From the NCBI RefSeq assembly GCF_009914755.1, contig NC_060926.1: 64,000 nucleotides of DNA. One strand, written 5' to 3'. This stretch comes from the human T2T-CHM13v2.0 reference genome, Homo sapiens. The notes beneath the pieces were generated by a model. It did no database searches. It was given only the letters and a program-made list of their open reading frames with translations, and was not told where the DNA came from. This document shows positions 1 through 12,453 of this stretch, piece by piece. The number at the start of each line of letters is the position of its first letter. Position 1 is the first letter of the stretch. The translations under genes were made by a program, and so were the position numbers.

Positions 1-295
1 GGTCAGTCTGGCTGAAGGCTTCTTGCATATATTGCTGATCTCTCCCAGCCAGACGGTAAGCCTCCAAAGGGCAGGAACTGTCATGAGGACATGGCAAGTG
101 TCAAATAAATATTTTTAAATTATTGATTATTTTATAGTGCCTGAAAATTTTACATATATGATCTCATGTCATAGTTTGCTCAAAAAGTGAAAAAATTTAA
201 AAGATACTCTTTATGCTGGAAAATTAGGAAAGGAGGGCAAAGAAGGAAATTGATTGGCCATGCAGGTTCCTGTTAGCCTTTGCAAAAAACAGAGA

Positions 296-460
296 AGTCT
301 TCCTTCTTTCCTTCCTTTCTTCCTTCTCTATTTTCTCCCTTCCTTCCTTCCCTCTTTTATCCTTTCCTTCCCTCCTTCCTTTCTTCTTCCCTCCCTCCCT
401 CTCTCATTCCCTCCCTCCTTCTCTCCCTCTTTTTCTTCTTCTCTGCTTTCTTTCCTTATT
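296..460. repeat. CT-rich (TTCC/CCCT)n low-complexity tract
   Basis: Degenerate ttcc/ctcc repeats seen directly, followed by an L2-like 3' end fragment. Confidence 0.85.
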
Positions 461-3079
461 TATTCATTTATCTGCTCATTCATCCTCCATATAGCATGTG
501 CACCTACCATATGCAGAATTCTGTGCTGGGGTGGGTAGGGTGGGAGGCATGAATATGATGTTCTTGCTAAAGAGCTTGCAGTTTGGATGGAGGAACAAGA
601 CTAACAAACAGAAAGCACCTAAGCAGCCATCTGTATTTAGGTGGTATAGACAAGGAGTACAGGCAGGAAGAGGTTGCCAAATGCAAGTCACTGTGGCCAC
701 ACAAGGCACTTGAAGTCTATCCCAGGATGAAGAGACAGAGCAGGACCTTCAAGGACAAGTGAGACTTGAACCTGTGAGAGGTCTGGGTGGATAGTGCAGT
801 GGAGCTGCCCAACTGGTGTCTGGGGCACAGCAAAGAGGCTGGTCTGTACAGAGCCAAGGGTTTGTGCAGGGCTGGTGTGGACAGTATGTTACATGTGCCA
901 CTTTTCCCATCAAGCATTCTCCCAGGACCCTGCTTCTGCAAGTATTGATTACTCTGTCTTCCAGCTCCATTTTGTTTATGCACTATCTTTGGCCTTTTTG
1001 GAGACACTGTAGTAAGCCTGGCCCTGTACCTCTCTTTGCATACCCCACCTCCAGCCCCTTAGTCTTCCTCATGTGTCTAGTGAGTGATTGCTCTGAAAGA
1101 AAGAGAAGGAAAATCATATTTTCTACCTCTGCTGGGCACTCAGCTAGAGCTAGTGGCGCATAGGAGCCATAGGCTCTTCCAGTCCTTTCAGGCAGGAACT
1201 AGTGCCCTACAGTGTAGGGCAGAACGGGGGCGAGGTGGAGTGCACAGGCTCCTGCTGTTCTGAGAGGTTGGGCCACAGTGACCCACAGGCCTGTTTCCAT
1301 TTTCAGCCCTAGCTCCTGAGATGCTCACAGCTAAAGGGGGTGGAGAAAGAATGCTCCAGTCTTAGCCCCTGAAGACATCAGACAGCCCTGCTCAGTGACC
1401 AGTGAGAAAGCACCCACCAGGCCCATTAACCCAGAAGCAGCAGCAACACGTTTGAGTCAAGAGGGTCAGCCAGCCCCAGAAAGCCCTCACTTGGCCCTCT
1501 CAGAGACTGCTGCTGGGGCCCTAATTATCTCACCTCTAAGGGGCTGGCCCTGGCTGGATCTTCATGGAGCTGTGAGCTTGTTGCAGTGTCTGGGCTTGCT
1601 TTCTCCAGAGCCCAAGTCCCCTGCAAAAAAAAAAAAGAGAGAGAGAGAGAGAGAGACAGCTCTCAGAAACCCAAAATGAGGATGATTTAAGCAGGTCCTC
1701 CTGCACTGAGCTCGGCTTATTCCCACACTAGGCCAGCCAAAGAACCAATCATTCAAGCCACCCTTCCCCTGCCAGCTTTTTTCTGTCCTGTATCTGGGTG
1801 GTGCAGTTTAATTATTCATCCATGCAGGAACTATTTATCCAGTGCCTACTATGTGCAAGATACGAGATCCAGCAGAAAGCAGAAACACTCTATCCCTCAC
1901 TAGCTGAGAAGCCTGTGGGGGTTACTTTACCAACTTCCTTCTCTGCCTTCATGATAATATCTGCCAACATGGACCTTTCCTCCCCAAACCACCTATGTCC
2001 CAGAGCTGGGGTGACACACGTGACAAGTGGCAATCCTCAGATGGCCCTTGCCACATCCTATCTCCCCTGAGCGGCTTTTCTCTCTATGAATCTGCAGGTT
2101 CTTTAGGCAAAGATTCTGTCATTTGGTCTCCTCATCACTACAGGGCGGGTCTGAGATGGCACTCAACATGCATTTGTGGGATGGAATAGAATAAGACAGG
2201 AGAGCCCAGCATAGGCTGTTTTTCCCTGGGTGGCACAGCAAGCCACCAACAGCCCCAGGGGTCACTAGAGGGGTGTGGCTATTTGTTTCTTCTTGGCAGT
2301 CATGTTAATAAAGCTATGGATTGCTGGGGGAAGCAAGCTTGTGATTCAGAGAAGTTCATTGAGACCATATGGACTTCCCCTAGAGGAGACTCAGCCCTTA
2401 GTCCATGCAGATGTAGAACTTAGCCACGGAGTAGAGCTCACCTTCCCAATGCACCAACATTAACTGGGAAGTTGCCATGTGCTGGGCACTGAAGACACAG
2501 GTACGGCAGGGGATTCAAGCAGTCCAGTGCTACAGTGTTGCTGAGCCTCAATTGTCTCTTCTGCACACCCCTGGAGGGCATGGATATACCATTGTCCTCA
2601 CCTTGTCACCACCCTCTGTGACCTTGTATTCATTAGGTGGGATACGGGAGGAGTAAAAGACAGTGAGTCCAGCTAAGCCCCAGTGCAGTGCAAAAATATC
2701 CCATTGATCTATCAAAACTCAGTCCCACCAATGCCTGCCTGCTCCTTGAGCAGCTGAAGTCCAGGCCTTTCCCGGGGCGCACCTGCAGGCCTGCCGCTGT
2801 CCGTGGTGCTAATGGCTGTGGCTGCCGGACTTCCCTTGGCAGGAAGGAATCAGGTTTCAGAAATCCAGGAATTAGCTTATGTTCCAGGCTTTGATGTGCG
2901 GCCATAGCTCTGTGTGGAGATCTCAGACACTCCATATATGCCCTCCCCTCCCTGCTCATGCCTACACAAGAGACTTCCTCCCTGCCTGGGCCGGAGGCTG
3001 GGTGGCTGAGAGGAACAGTTCTTGCCTTTCGGACTCCCTATTTCCTGCCTCTCAGCTACTTGCTCTATATACCCACTCT

Positions 3080-3080
<1 letters not shown>

Positions 3081-3122
<42 letters not shown>
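3081..3122. repeat. (AC)21 microsatellite
   Basis: Perfect AC dinucleotide run. Confidence 0.97.
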
Positions 3123-3124
<2 letters not shown>

Positions 3125-3554
3125 CCCATGAAACACAGCTGTAATGAGGCAACCACCAGCCCTCTCCAACAGGCAGAAGAGAGAGAATTCAAGCACGAGG
3201 CTAAAAATGCAGCTTTGACAACATCAAAAGGGCTTCCTCCCAACTGATTGTATCCTGCATGTTCATGTTTTGTAAAGTATTTGGAAGGAACACATGATCC
3301 TGTAAGATTCATTTAGGGAGGGCCTGCAACTCTGTAGAAGGCAGCCAGGCAGTGGGTGGAATTTTGGGGTCACTGGGAACCAGAAAAATCCTCCAGCCCC
3401 CACCACTCTACCAAAGGGTCTGGGCTTCATTGGAGTCACTTTGGGGACAAGGCAGCAATTCTCAAAGAATTTTTCCATCAGTGAAAGAAAAAAAAAAGCA
3501 TCCCTGGGTAAAACTGGTTTCAAAAACTGTGTCAAAAAACTTTTGTAAAGACCT

Positions 3555-3739
3555 TCTCTCTACAAAAAAAAAAAAAAATTAATTAGCAATGCATGGTAGT
3601 GTGTGCCTGTAGTCACAACTACACAGGAGGCTGAGGTGGGAGAATCACCTGAGCCTGGGAGACGAAGGCTGTTTTGAGCCAAGATTGGACCACCGCATTG
3701 CAGCTTGGGTGACAGAAGACCTTGTCTCAAAAAAAAAAA
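3555..3739 (+). mobile_element. Truncated old Alu (right arm, AluJ/FRAM-like)
   Basis: ctctctac-A-rich linker, gcctgtagtc...ggaggctgaggtgggagaatcacctgagcc...gggtgacaga...gtctc and poly-A. Confidence 0.85.
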
Positions 3740-3869
3740 TACATTTTTTTTGTTTGATGAACTTTTCAGAACCTTTACCACACCAACAGTCATTGTGTTA
3801 TTTTTCCCTGATATATTTGGCCAGATTTTATTTACTAGTAGAGCTTGGGTTCTAGAATATTCTAGCTTG

Positions 3870-4083
3870 AGTTGCACACTTAGCTCTGGCACTGACTAGC
3901 TGTGTTGCCTTGAGCAAGTGTCTTACACTCTCTGTGCACTGTTTCCTCGTCTGTGAAATGGGAATGATGGTAGCACCTTTCTCATAGGGCTGTCATGGAA
4001 GTTAAATGAGTCGATGCATGGAGAGCTCTCAGAAGGGAGCCTGGCATGTAGAAAACCCTAGAAAACTGTTATGTTGTATTATT
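3870..4083 (+). mobile_element. MIR SINE
   Basis: MIR core: actagctgtgttgccttgagcaagtg...tttcctcgtctgtgaaatgggaatgatg...ttaaatgag. Confidence 0.8.
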
Positions 4084-4440
4084 CACAGGGACACTAATAT
4101 TTGTGATACTCATTCTCAGAAATTCTGGGTTGAGGCATTGTCTCCCAAAGGCCCCCACAGTAATGCTTTCTGGGACATGATTTGAGAAGAGGAAATCCTT
4201 TAGAAGCTTGCATTTCTCAAAATGGGGGCAAAGATTTAACATCACAGAAGGAAGTGTGTTTCCACTGTCCTCCCTCCTGCAAGCCCAGGCCCTATTGTGG
4301 TTCTACAGTCCCTTCCCCTCTCCAAACCTCAGTTTCCCCCTCTGCCAGATGGGTGTAATCACTCAAGCCTTCCTTAACTTGGAGAGTTGGGGTTGGGGGA
4401 GATACGGAATGAGAATCTCCCTGTTCCACATTTAATTCCA

Positions 4441-4515
4441 AAGAAGAAGAGGAAGAGGAAGGGGAGGAAGAAGAAGAAGAAGAAGGAGGAGGAGGAGGAG
4501 GAGGAGAAGGAGAGA
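4441..4515. repeat. (GAA)n/(GAG)n purine trinucleotide tract
   Basis: Seen directly. Confidence 0.9.
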
Positions 4516-5350
4516 AACATCTCCCTGGACAGGCTCTGGAGGCAGAGAAGGAAGGGAGACCCTGTCTTTCTCCTGGGCGGTGGACCGAAGAGGTCTTAGT
4601 CGGCTCCAGCCCCCCAGCCACTCAGCCAATCCCCAAGTCCTGAGTGGAGGCGCCTCCACTGCTCTCTCCTCCCACTCCTTACAATGAAAGTTAACACGGA
4701 GTCATAGTTCTAGGCTGTGGGTTCGGGGGCACTCTCAGGAAAGGAGGATTCCCCCAGGGGCCAGAGTAGTTCACTCACCAGGAGGGTGGGACCAGTAGGG
4801 GCAGTTTAGGCAAAGCAGCACTTCAAGTGGCATTAGTCATTGCAGCTTCCTCTGCCCACCTGCCCACACACCAAGCTCTCAGCTCCATGCTGCCTTAACC
4901 CAGGCCTCACACACCTTTCTCATCTTCTGAAACCTCAAACAATTGCATTCAGCCCATGTGCCATGCAACAGAGCCATTCTCTGAGAGTTGAGTGCAGCTA
5001 TCTCCCTGAAGCCCTCTTAAAACGCAAATATCCCAGGGAAGAGCAACTTATCCAGCGACTAACACCTCAGTCTGAACCGATACAGGCTTTCTAAATGATA
5101 GAAGATGCTCTGTGCAGCCTGGGAGCTGAGAGCCAGGGATTTGTAAAAGCCGACCAGAGGAAGGCAGTGCACGAAGTGGAAAGAGACTGGATCTTGGCAC
5201 CAGAGCTCGGTTCAGATTCTGGCCTCTTATTGTTGGGTGATGCCCTCTCTGAGCCTGAGCTTCCTCACCTGTCTAATTGGTGTGATAGTAACAACTCCCA
5301 GGTGCTGATGAGGAGTACACAAGATCATGTATTCAAAGTGCCTGGCACAA

Positions 5351-5644
5351 GCCGGGCGCAGTGGCGTGCACCTCAGCTACTCAGAAAGCTGCGGTGACAT
5401 CATTTGCACCCAGGAGTTCTGGGCTGTAGTGCACCCGGAGTGCCCATTGGGGGCCCATACAATGTTCAGCATCAATACAGTAACCTCCTGGAAGCAGGGG
5501 ATCGCCAGGTTGCCTCAGGGAGGGGTGAACCAGCCAAGGTTGAAAATAGAACAGGTCAAAACTCCCTTGCAGATCAGTCATGGGATCGTGCCTGTGAATA
5601 GCCACTGCACTCCAGCCTGGGCAACTTAGCGCGACCTCGTCTCT
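5351..5644 (+). pseudogene. 7SL (SRP RNA) retropseudogene inserted in a MIR (possibly the annotated RN7SL468P; name from memory, unverified)
   Basis: Starts gccgggcgcagtggcgtgc and contains the 7SL S-domain that Alu lacks (ggagttctgggctgtagtgc...ccaggttgcctcagggaggggtgaacc...aacaggtcaaaactccc...gggatcgtgcctgtgaatagccactgcactccagcctgggcaac). It ends in gtctct plus a degraded tail. 15-bp TSD: aaagtgcctggcaca (5335-5349) / aaagtgcctgtcaca (5664-5678). Confidence 0.93.
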
Positions 5645-6499
5645 AAAAATGTATTTATTTTTTAAAGTGCCTGTCACATAATGAGCACTGAAACATTTTG
5701 TTTCCTCATCCCTTTCTTCTCACAGTGGGAGAAGCAACATGAAGATGAGGAGGGGGTGAGGCTGAGGCCCAAATCAGGCTGTCACGCTGGGAGTTTTATT
5801 TTCATCATGGCTGGCCTGGTTGTTTTGGGGGGGAAGGAGGAAGATGTGGGGGTGCCTCTCCAGCTGCTGCACTTGAAGGCCCCCACAGCCCCTACTCCCA
5901 CCTCCAGTACTGATGGCAGGCACTGGGGGGGTGGGCGGGGAGGTGGGCGAGCAAAGCCCTGAGGCAGCCTGGCTGTCACCCTTGCCCCTTCTCACTCTGC
6001 ACCAGAGACCTCTGCCTCATCCTCAGGCTGCCAGTCGGCAAAGCCACTCTACATGCAGGAGGGTGAGCCAGCTGGCTGAGCTCAGCCCCGGGTTGACACA
6101 AACACGGGAAGATTCTGCAGGAAACACAAGGCAGCCACGGCCTCTGTCCCTGAGAGGAGCAGTGAGGGAGCCGCAGGGCTGGGCTGCGGCGTGACACTAG
6201 GGACGTGGGGGAAATGCAAGTGGGTCCAGGCCTGGGGGCCACCAGTGCAGGAGCAAGGGCAGGCCGGCCATCAGAGCTGGGCGGGGAGGGGGGCGCTGAG
6301 CTTGGCGTGGGAGTTTCCCCAACTGACTGTGTCTTCCAGGGACCCTCGCCCCTCATGCCCCTCTGCGTCCTGAAGGGAGGAGGCACCACCCCTCTGTGGC
6401 ATCTGCTTTTTAGGGCTGACGATGGAACAAGCTCATGGACAGGAGTGAAGCCCCTGGCACATAGCAGGTGCCACAGAAGGGTGGTGAAGTCTGCCCTAG

Positions 6500-7230
6500 A
6501 TCAGAGATCATTCAGGGGGTCTGTTAACTTGGATGAAGAAGAAATACACTCTTATCACTAACATCAGGAAGGTAAGCAAGGAACCACACATAGAATTGAC
6601 AATAAGTGTGACTTTGCCACCAAGAAGAATCACAAAGTTTTATTTTATTTTATTTTATTTTATTTTACTTTAAGTTCTGGGATACATGTGCAGAATGTGC
6701 AGGTTTGTTACATAGGTATACTTGTGCCATGGTGGTTTGCTGCACCCATCAACCCGTTATCTAGGTTTTAAGCCCCGCACGCATTAGGTATTTGTCCTAA
6801 TGCTCTCCTTCCCCTCGCTCCCCACCCCCAAACAGGCCCCGGTGTGTGATGTTCCCCTCCCTGTGTCCATGTGTTCTCATTGTTCAACTCCCACTTATGA
6901 GTGAGAACATGTGGTGTTTAGTTTTCTGTTCCTGAGAATCATAGAGTTTTCATAGCCCAGTACAATAATCACAGATACATGACATAGAGTTGTGTGACAT
7001 GTAGACCCCAATAGTCCGGTTAATGGGATGCTTTAGTTAAAAAGTACATAGATTACTGTATTATAAGTTTATGTTTTAGGATATTTTGATGATTACTTTT
7101 TAGAAATAGTTTCCTTTGTAACCTTGTTTATTTTACTTAATGCATATGAAAGAATCATTCAGAGGAGGGGTCCATGGCTTCACCAAGATGAAACAGGTCA
7201 TTGGCATGAAAAAGGTTAAAACGCTGTGCC
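6500..7230 (-). mobile_element. hAT-Charlie family DNA transposon remnant, interrupted by an L1
   Basis: The end aggggtccatggcttcacc...tggcatgaaaaaggttaa resembles Charlie-type termini; AT-rich body. Confidence 0.55.
6638..6934 (-). mobile_element. 5'-truncated L1PA 3' end (L1PA8-like)
   Basis: (ATTTT)n tail, then ctttaagttctgggatacatgtgcagaa...gtgtgatgttcccctccctgtgtccatgtgttctcattgttcaactcccacttatgagtgagaacatg. TSD agaatcacaaagtttt (6626-6641) / agaatcatagagtttt (6935-6950). Confidence 0.92.
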
Positions 7231-7535
7231 CTGGAACCAGGAGTTTATGATCCAGGCCTGCAGCATGCTGTATGACCTTGGCCACATAACTTCATTGTGC
7301 CTCAGTTGCCTCAACTATAAAATGGGGATAATAAACCTGTGACATATGATGCTTGGGGGGTTAAATGTGACAAAAGTCTTAGCACTCTGTGTGCCATACA
7401 GTGAGGGCCCCAGCATGGGCATTGATGCACCGTCTTGATTCCTCCTGCCTTTCCCAGGTACAGGGAGCTTCCCCAGCCTGCCTGCATCTGAGAAGATTCC
7501 ACCAGAGAAACAGAACCAATAGGAGACATATATTA

Positions 7536-7893
<358 letters not shown>

Positions 7894-8087
7894 TTACATG
7901 ACCGTGGGGGCTGGATCCATAGCGCAGGCTCTCAGGAGGGGCAGTCCAGAACTCTCAGGCTGATGCTGCAGGCCACAGGTGGGATTTCTTCTCAAGAAAG
8001 CCTCAGCTCTGCTCCTAAGGCCTTTCAACTGATTGACTCATGCCCACTCAGATTATTGAGGGCTATCTCCTTTATTTAAGGTTAACC

Positions 8088-8443
8088 GGCCCAGTGCAGT
8101 GGCTCACGCCTATAATCCCAGTATTTTGGCAGGAAGATTGCTTGAGGCCAGGAGTTTGAGACAGGACTGGACAACAGAGCAAGAGCCTCATCTCTACAAA
8201 ACATAAAAAAATTAGCCCGGTGTGGTGGCACACTCCTATACTCCTAGCTACTCTGGAGGCCAAGCCGGGAGGATCACTTGAGCCCAAAAGTTCAAGGCTA
8301 TACTCCTAGCTACTCTGGAGGCCAAGCGGGGAGGATCACTTGAGCCCAAAAGTTCAAGGCTGCAGTCAGCTATGATCAAGCCACTTATACTCCAGCCCAG
8401 AAAACAGAGTGAGACCCTGTCTCTAAAACAACAACAACAAAAA
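8088..8443 (+). mobile_element. AluJ with a 62-bp internal tandem duplication
   Basis: AluJ-type ggaggatcacttgagccc..gttcaaggctgcagt; (AAC)n tail. Confidence 0.9.
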
Positions 8444-8473
8444 ACCCCAACCAATTGTAGATATCAACTACAT

Positions 8474-8858
8474 TGCTGTGGCTTGAATGTCTCCTCCAAA
8501 ACTCAATCTGAAACTTAATCCCTAATTTAATAGTATTGGCAGGTGACAGGGCCTTTCAGAGGTAGTTGGGTCATGTGGGCATTCATGGATTAATGGGTTA
8601 ATAGATTAATGGGTTATCATGGGAGTAGATTAGCTATCACAAGAGTGAGTCTGTTACAAAAATCCAGCTTGGCTCTCTCTTGTGAGCCCCTCCCCATACG
8701 ATGCCCTGCACTGACCATTAGCAAGAAAGCCTTCATCAGATGGACCCCCTCAACCTTGGACATCTCAATCTTCAGAACTCTAAGAAATAAATTTCTTTTC
8801 TTTATAAATTGCCCAGTCTCTGGTATTCAGTTATAGCAACAGAAAATGGACTAAGATA
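8474..8858 (+). mobile_element. MST-family (ERVL-MaLR) solo LTR
   Basis: Starts tgctgtggcttgaatgt, contains ggattaatgggttaatagattaatgggttatc, ends gcaacagaaaatggactaagata; 5-bp TSD tacat/cacat. Confidence 0.85.
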
Positions 8859-9384
8859 CACATCTACGAGATACCTCCACAGCAACTCCTAGATTAGTGT
8901 TGATGGAATAACTGGGGATTGTAGCCTAGCCAAGTCGACACCTAAGACCGGCCCTCATGTCACCCAAGGACAAGACAGCGAGGTCCTGAAGAGTTTCATG
9001 AAGAGGAGGGGAAGGAGAGAGTGGGGAGCTCAATGTGGACCCCTCAATTAATTTCCCAAGTGCTCAATGAGGCCTGCCCCACCTCTCATCCAGCTCCTTG
9101 GCCAGGCCCTGCCCCCACTCACCTCTCTTATGTGGGACACGTGAGCCCCTCCAGTGTGCCAGGAGCACATGGGTACAGGCACACATAGAGAATGCCGTGT
9201 CCACAGGAAACCCAGTGAGCCTGAAGGGCCTTGGCGTGCCATTTACAGGTCACTCACTTGGGCCAGGCCTCACTAGGGATGCCAGGGTGAACAAGACGTG
9301 GCCAGTGCTCTTGAAGGGCTCCCACCTGGTGGAGGTAGCAGACAAGTAAGGGGACAAAGGCCCCTCAGAAGTACACATCCGGTG

Positions 9385-9690
<306 letters not shown>

Positions 9691-10167
9691 GTACAAATTA
9701 GGTGTGGTTATCGCCTGGAGAGCCAGGAGCATCCTTGGGAGGGGACTTGGGGAGGGGTCCGCTGGGCTGCTCTAGCCCACTCTGGGCCAGAATCGTGATT
9801 CTAATTGCAGGTAGGCTTTACCCTATCAAAGCCCCCTGGGCTGGGGACTCTGTGAAGAAGCAAGATGTGCTTGAAACCTCCCTCTCTGCTGAAAAATCTA
9901 GACAAGCTCCTGACCGGCTGCATTGCTGCTTCAGCCCCTCCTCAGGGAAGCGGGAGGCCCTGGGTCTCTACGGGTGCTCTGTGAAAGACTGCAGAGGCTG
10001 GTGGGGCTGCATTCCTGTCTGTCTGCCTAGGACAGTGCCTACTGACTTCTGACTGCTGCCCCATGGTCCAGGGCTCCAGGTACACCACTGCAATGTCACT
10101 TTGTGCTTGGGGTTCCAACTAGACAAAAGCCCCACGTTGCACAGCCCTTGAGCCGTCCCGGGTAGCA

Positions 10168-10182
10168 TGCCCCCTGGTGGCC
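10168..10182 (-). promoter_or_regulatory. Near-consensus CTCF motif (reverse orientation)
   Basis: tgccccctggtggcc; the reverse complement GGCCACCAGGGGGCA matches the CTCF core. Binding is not shown. Confidence 0.6.
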
Positions 10183-10944
10183 GTGGGCAGTTATTACCGT
10201 TAATCCTTTCTTGCCCAGATGCCTCTAGCGTAGGCCACAGCAGCCGGCCGGGTTCGTTGTGTCTGGAAAGACCAGAGAAGGGTTCCCGGAGAAAGAGGCC
10301 GTCTGATCGGAGTTTTATGAACCAGAGGATAAAGAAAGGAAGGGATTTCTGGGCCTCAGAAAACCACATGCCAACGCATGGGGGTATTAAGGATAGGGGC
10401 TCTTGAACGCCCAGGCTGGTAAAATCTAGAACGGCAGAGGGAGGAGGGGTAATTTTTCTGGTTGGTAGAAATAAAGTGGGGATGAGGAAGAGCACGAAAG
10501 TCTGTCGGCAAACCTGAAAGTGGGAGCGAGCTTTTGTCAAATCCAGGGTCAACCTGAGCTCTCATTAATTGGGAAACTGGAGAGTCAGATCCTCTAAAGA
10601 AAGTGGAAATATTTGTTCTAAAGAACCCCTGCCAGGTCCCCGTTTACGTGACTCATAAAGAGGCCTTCAGGCAGAAAGGATCCCAGTGCACCAGTAACAG
10701 AAGGGCTCCAGGACCAGAGGGAATGGACAGGGAACCACCACCCACACCAAGCACAGGCCCATTGTCGGCATGAGGAGCCTCGCCCCTGCAGATCACCTCC
10801 CAGAGGGGAGCGGATCAGAGATTAAATTCCACACCTTTCTACAAAATCATAGCAGTTTGAAAGTGCCAAGGGGAGTAGGTGAGGAGGTTTCGAGGCATGT
10901 ATGCAGCCGTTTGGAGACACCAGCCATGTCGCCTGAGTTTTCTG

Positions 10945-11090
10945 ATGTAATCCTCATAACAACCATTCCAGATTTAAGTGATTAGTCCTGTTTTACAGAT
11001 GGGGAAACTGAAGCTCAGAGAGGTTAAGCAACTTCCCCAAGGTCATACAGTAGCCAAGTAGCATAAGTGGTATTCGAACCCAGTTCTATT
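10945..11090 (-). mobile_element. MIR SINE
   Basis: ttttacagatggggaaactgaagctcagagaggttaagcaacttccccaaggtcatacag. Confidence 0.85.
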
Positions 11091-11682
11091 TGGAGCCTTC
11101 ACAGGCTTTTTGCTGCATTCCACAGGAGTCTGTATATTCAGAAGCAAGTCTTCCACAGCCATCATAAGTCATCCTCACAGCCGGCTGGCAGGGAGGGAAC
11201 ATTGCCACTGTAGCTGGGATCATAGATATCGTGGTCTCCATTTGATGGATAAGACTGAGGTCTGGAAGAGAGTCAGTCAGTCTGTGTGATAAGCCTGAAC
11301 CACCCTCTCCTTCAGTTCCTCCCCTAACCCAACATCCTCCGGGTCTGGAAGGACAGTGTCTTGAGCAACTTCTTGCAGCTATACTTCTCCAGCTAATAGT
11401 CTAGAAAACCGAGCCTGGTCCCGAGTCTCCTCCTCGGGGTACGAGCCGAGGGCACTGATGGGGGTCAGGAGGTGCTGGCTAAAAGACGGTGGTGCAGGTG
11501 CCCCTGGCTTTAAGCGCGCCCAGGTTATAAAAAGCTTGGTTCCCATGCTGGCCCTAATTCTCCATGCACTGAGTACCTTAGGTCCCTTCTCTGGGTCTGT
11601 TGCTCCCCTGTAAAACAAGGGGGTGGGAGAGATGACCTTCAAGCTCAAACACCGTATGTCCACCTGGGTTGGTATAGCAGAT

Positions 11683-12073
11683 TGCATTAGTTTGTTAGGA
11701 CTGTTTTAACAAATGCCACAGACTGAGTGGCTTAAACAACAGACATTTATTCTCTCACAGCTCTGGAGGCTGGAAGTCTGAGATCAAGGCAGTGGCTGGC
11801 AGGGTTGTTTCTCCTGAGGCCTCTCTCCTTGTAGCCACCCCTCTTCTCCCTGTGTCTTCACATGGTTGTCCCTGTGTGTGTGTGTCTGTGTCCTAATCAC
11901 CTCTTCTTATAAGGACACCAGTCACAGAGGATTACCGGCCACCCATAGGACTTCATTTTACCTTAATTATCTCTTTAAAGTCTCCATCTCCAAATTAGTC
12001 ACATTCTGAGGTACTGGGAGTGAGGACTTAAACATACGAATTTGGAGGAGAGGACACAATTCAGCCTATAACA
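11683..12073 (-). mobile_element. MLT1B-like (ERVL-MaLR) solo LTR
   Basis: tgcattagtt...ggcttaaacaacagacatttattctctcacagctctggaggctggaagtc...gacacaattcagcctataaca; TG...CA termini; perfect TSD cagat/cagat. Confidence 0.9.
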
Positions 12074-12093
12074 CAGATAGAAGACACTGCTCA

Positions 12094-12453
<360 letters not shown>

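Noticed and set aside
254-552. Hydrophobic F/S/L/P-rich ORFs
   Set aside because: Translation of a CT-rich simple repeat.
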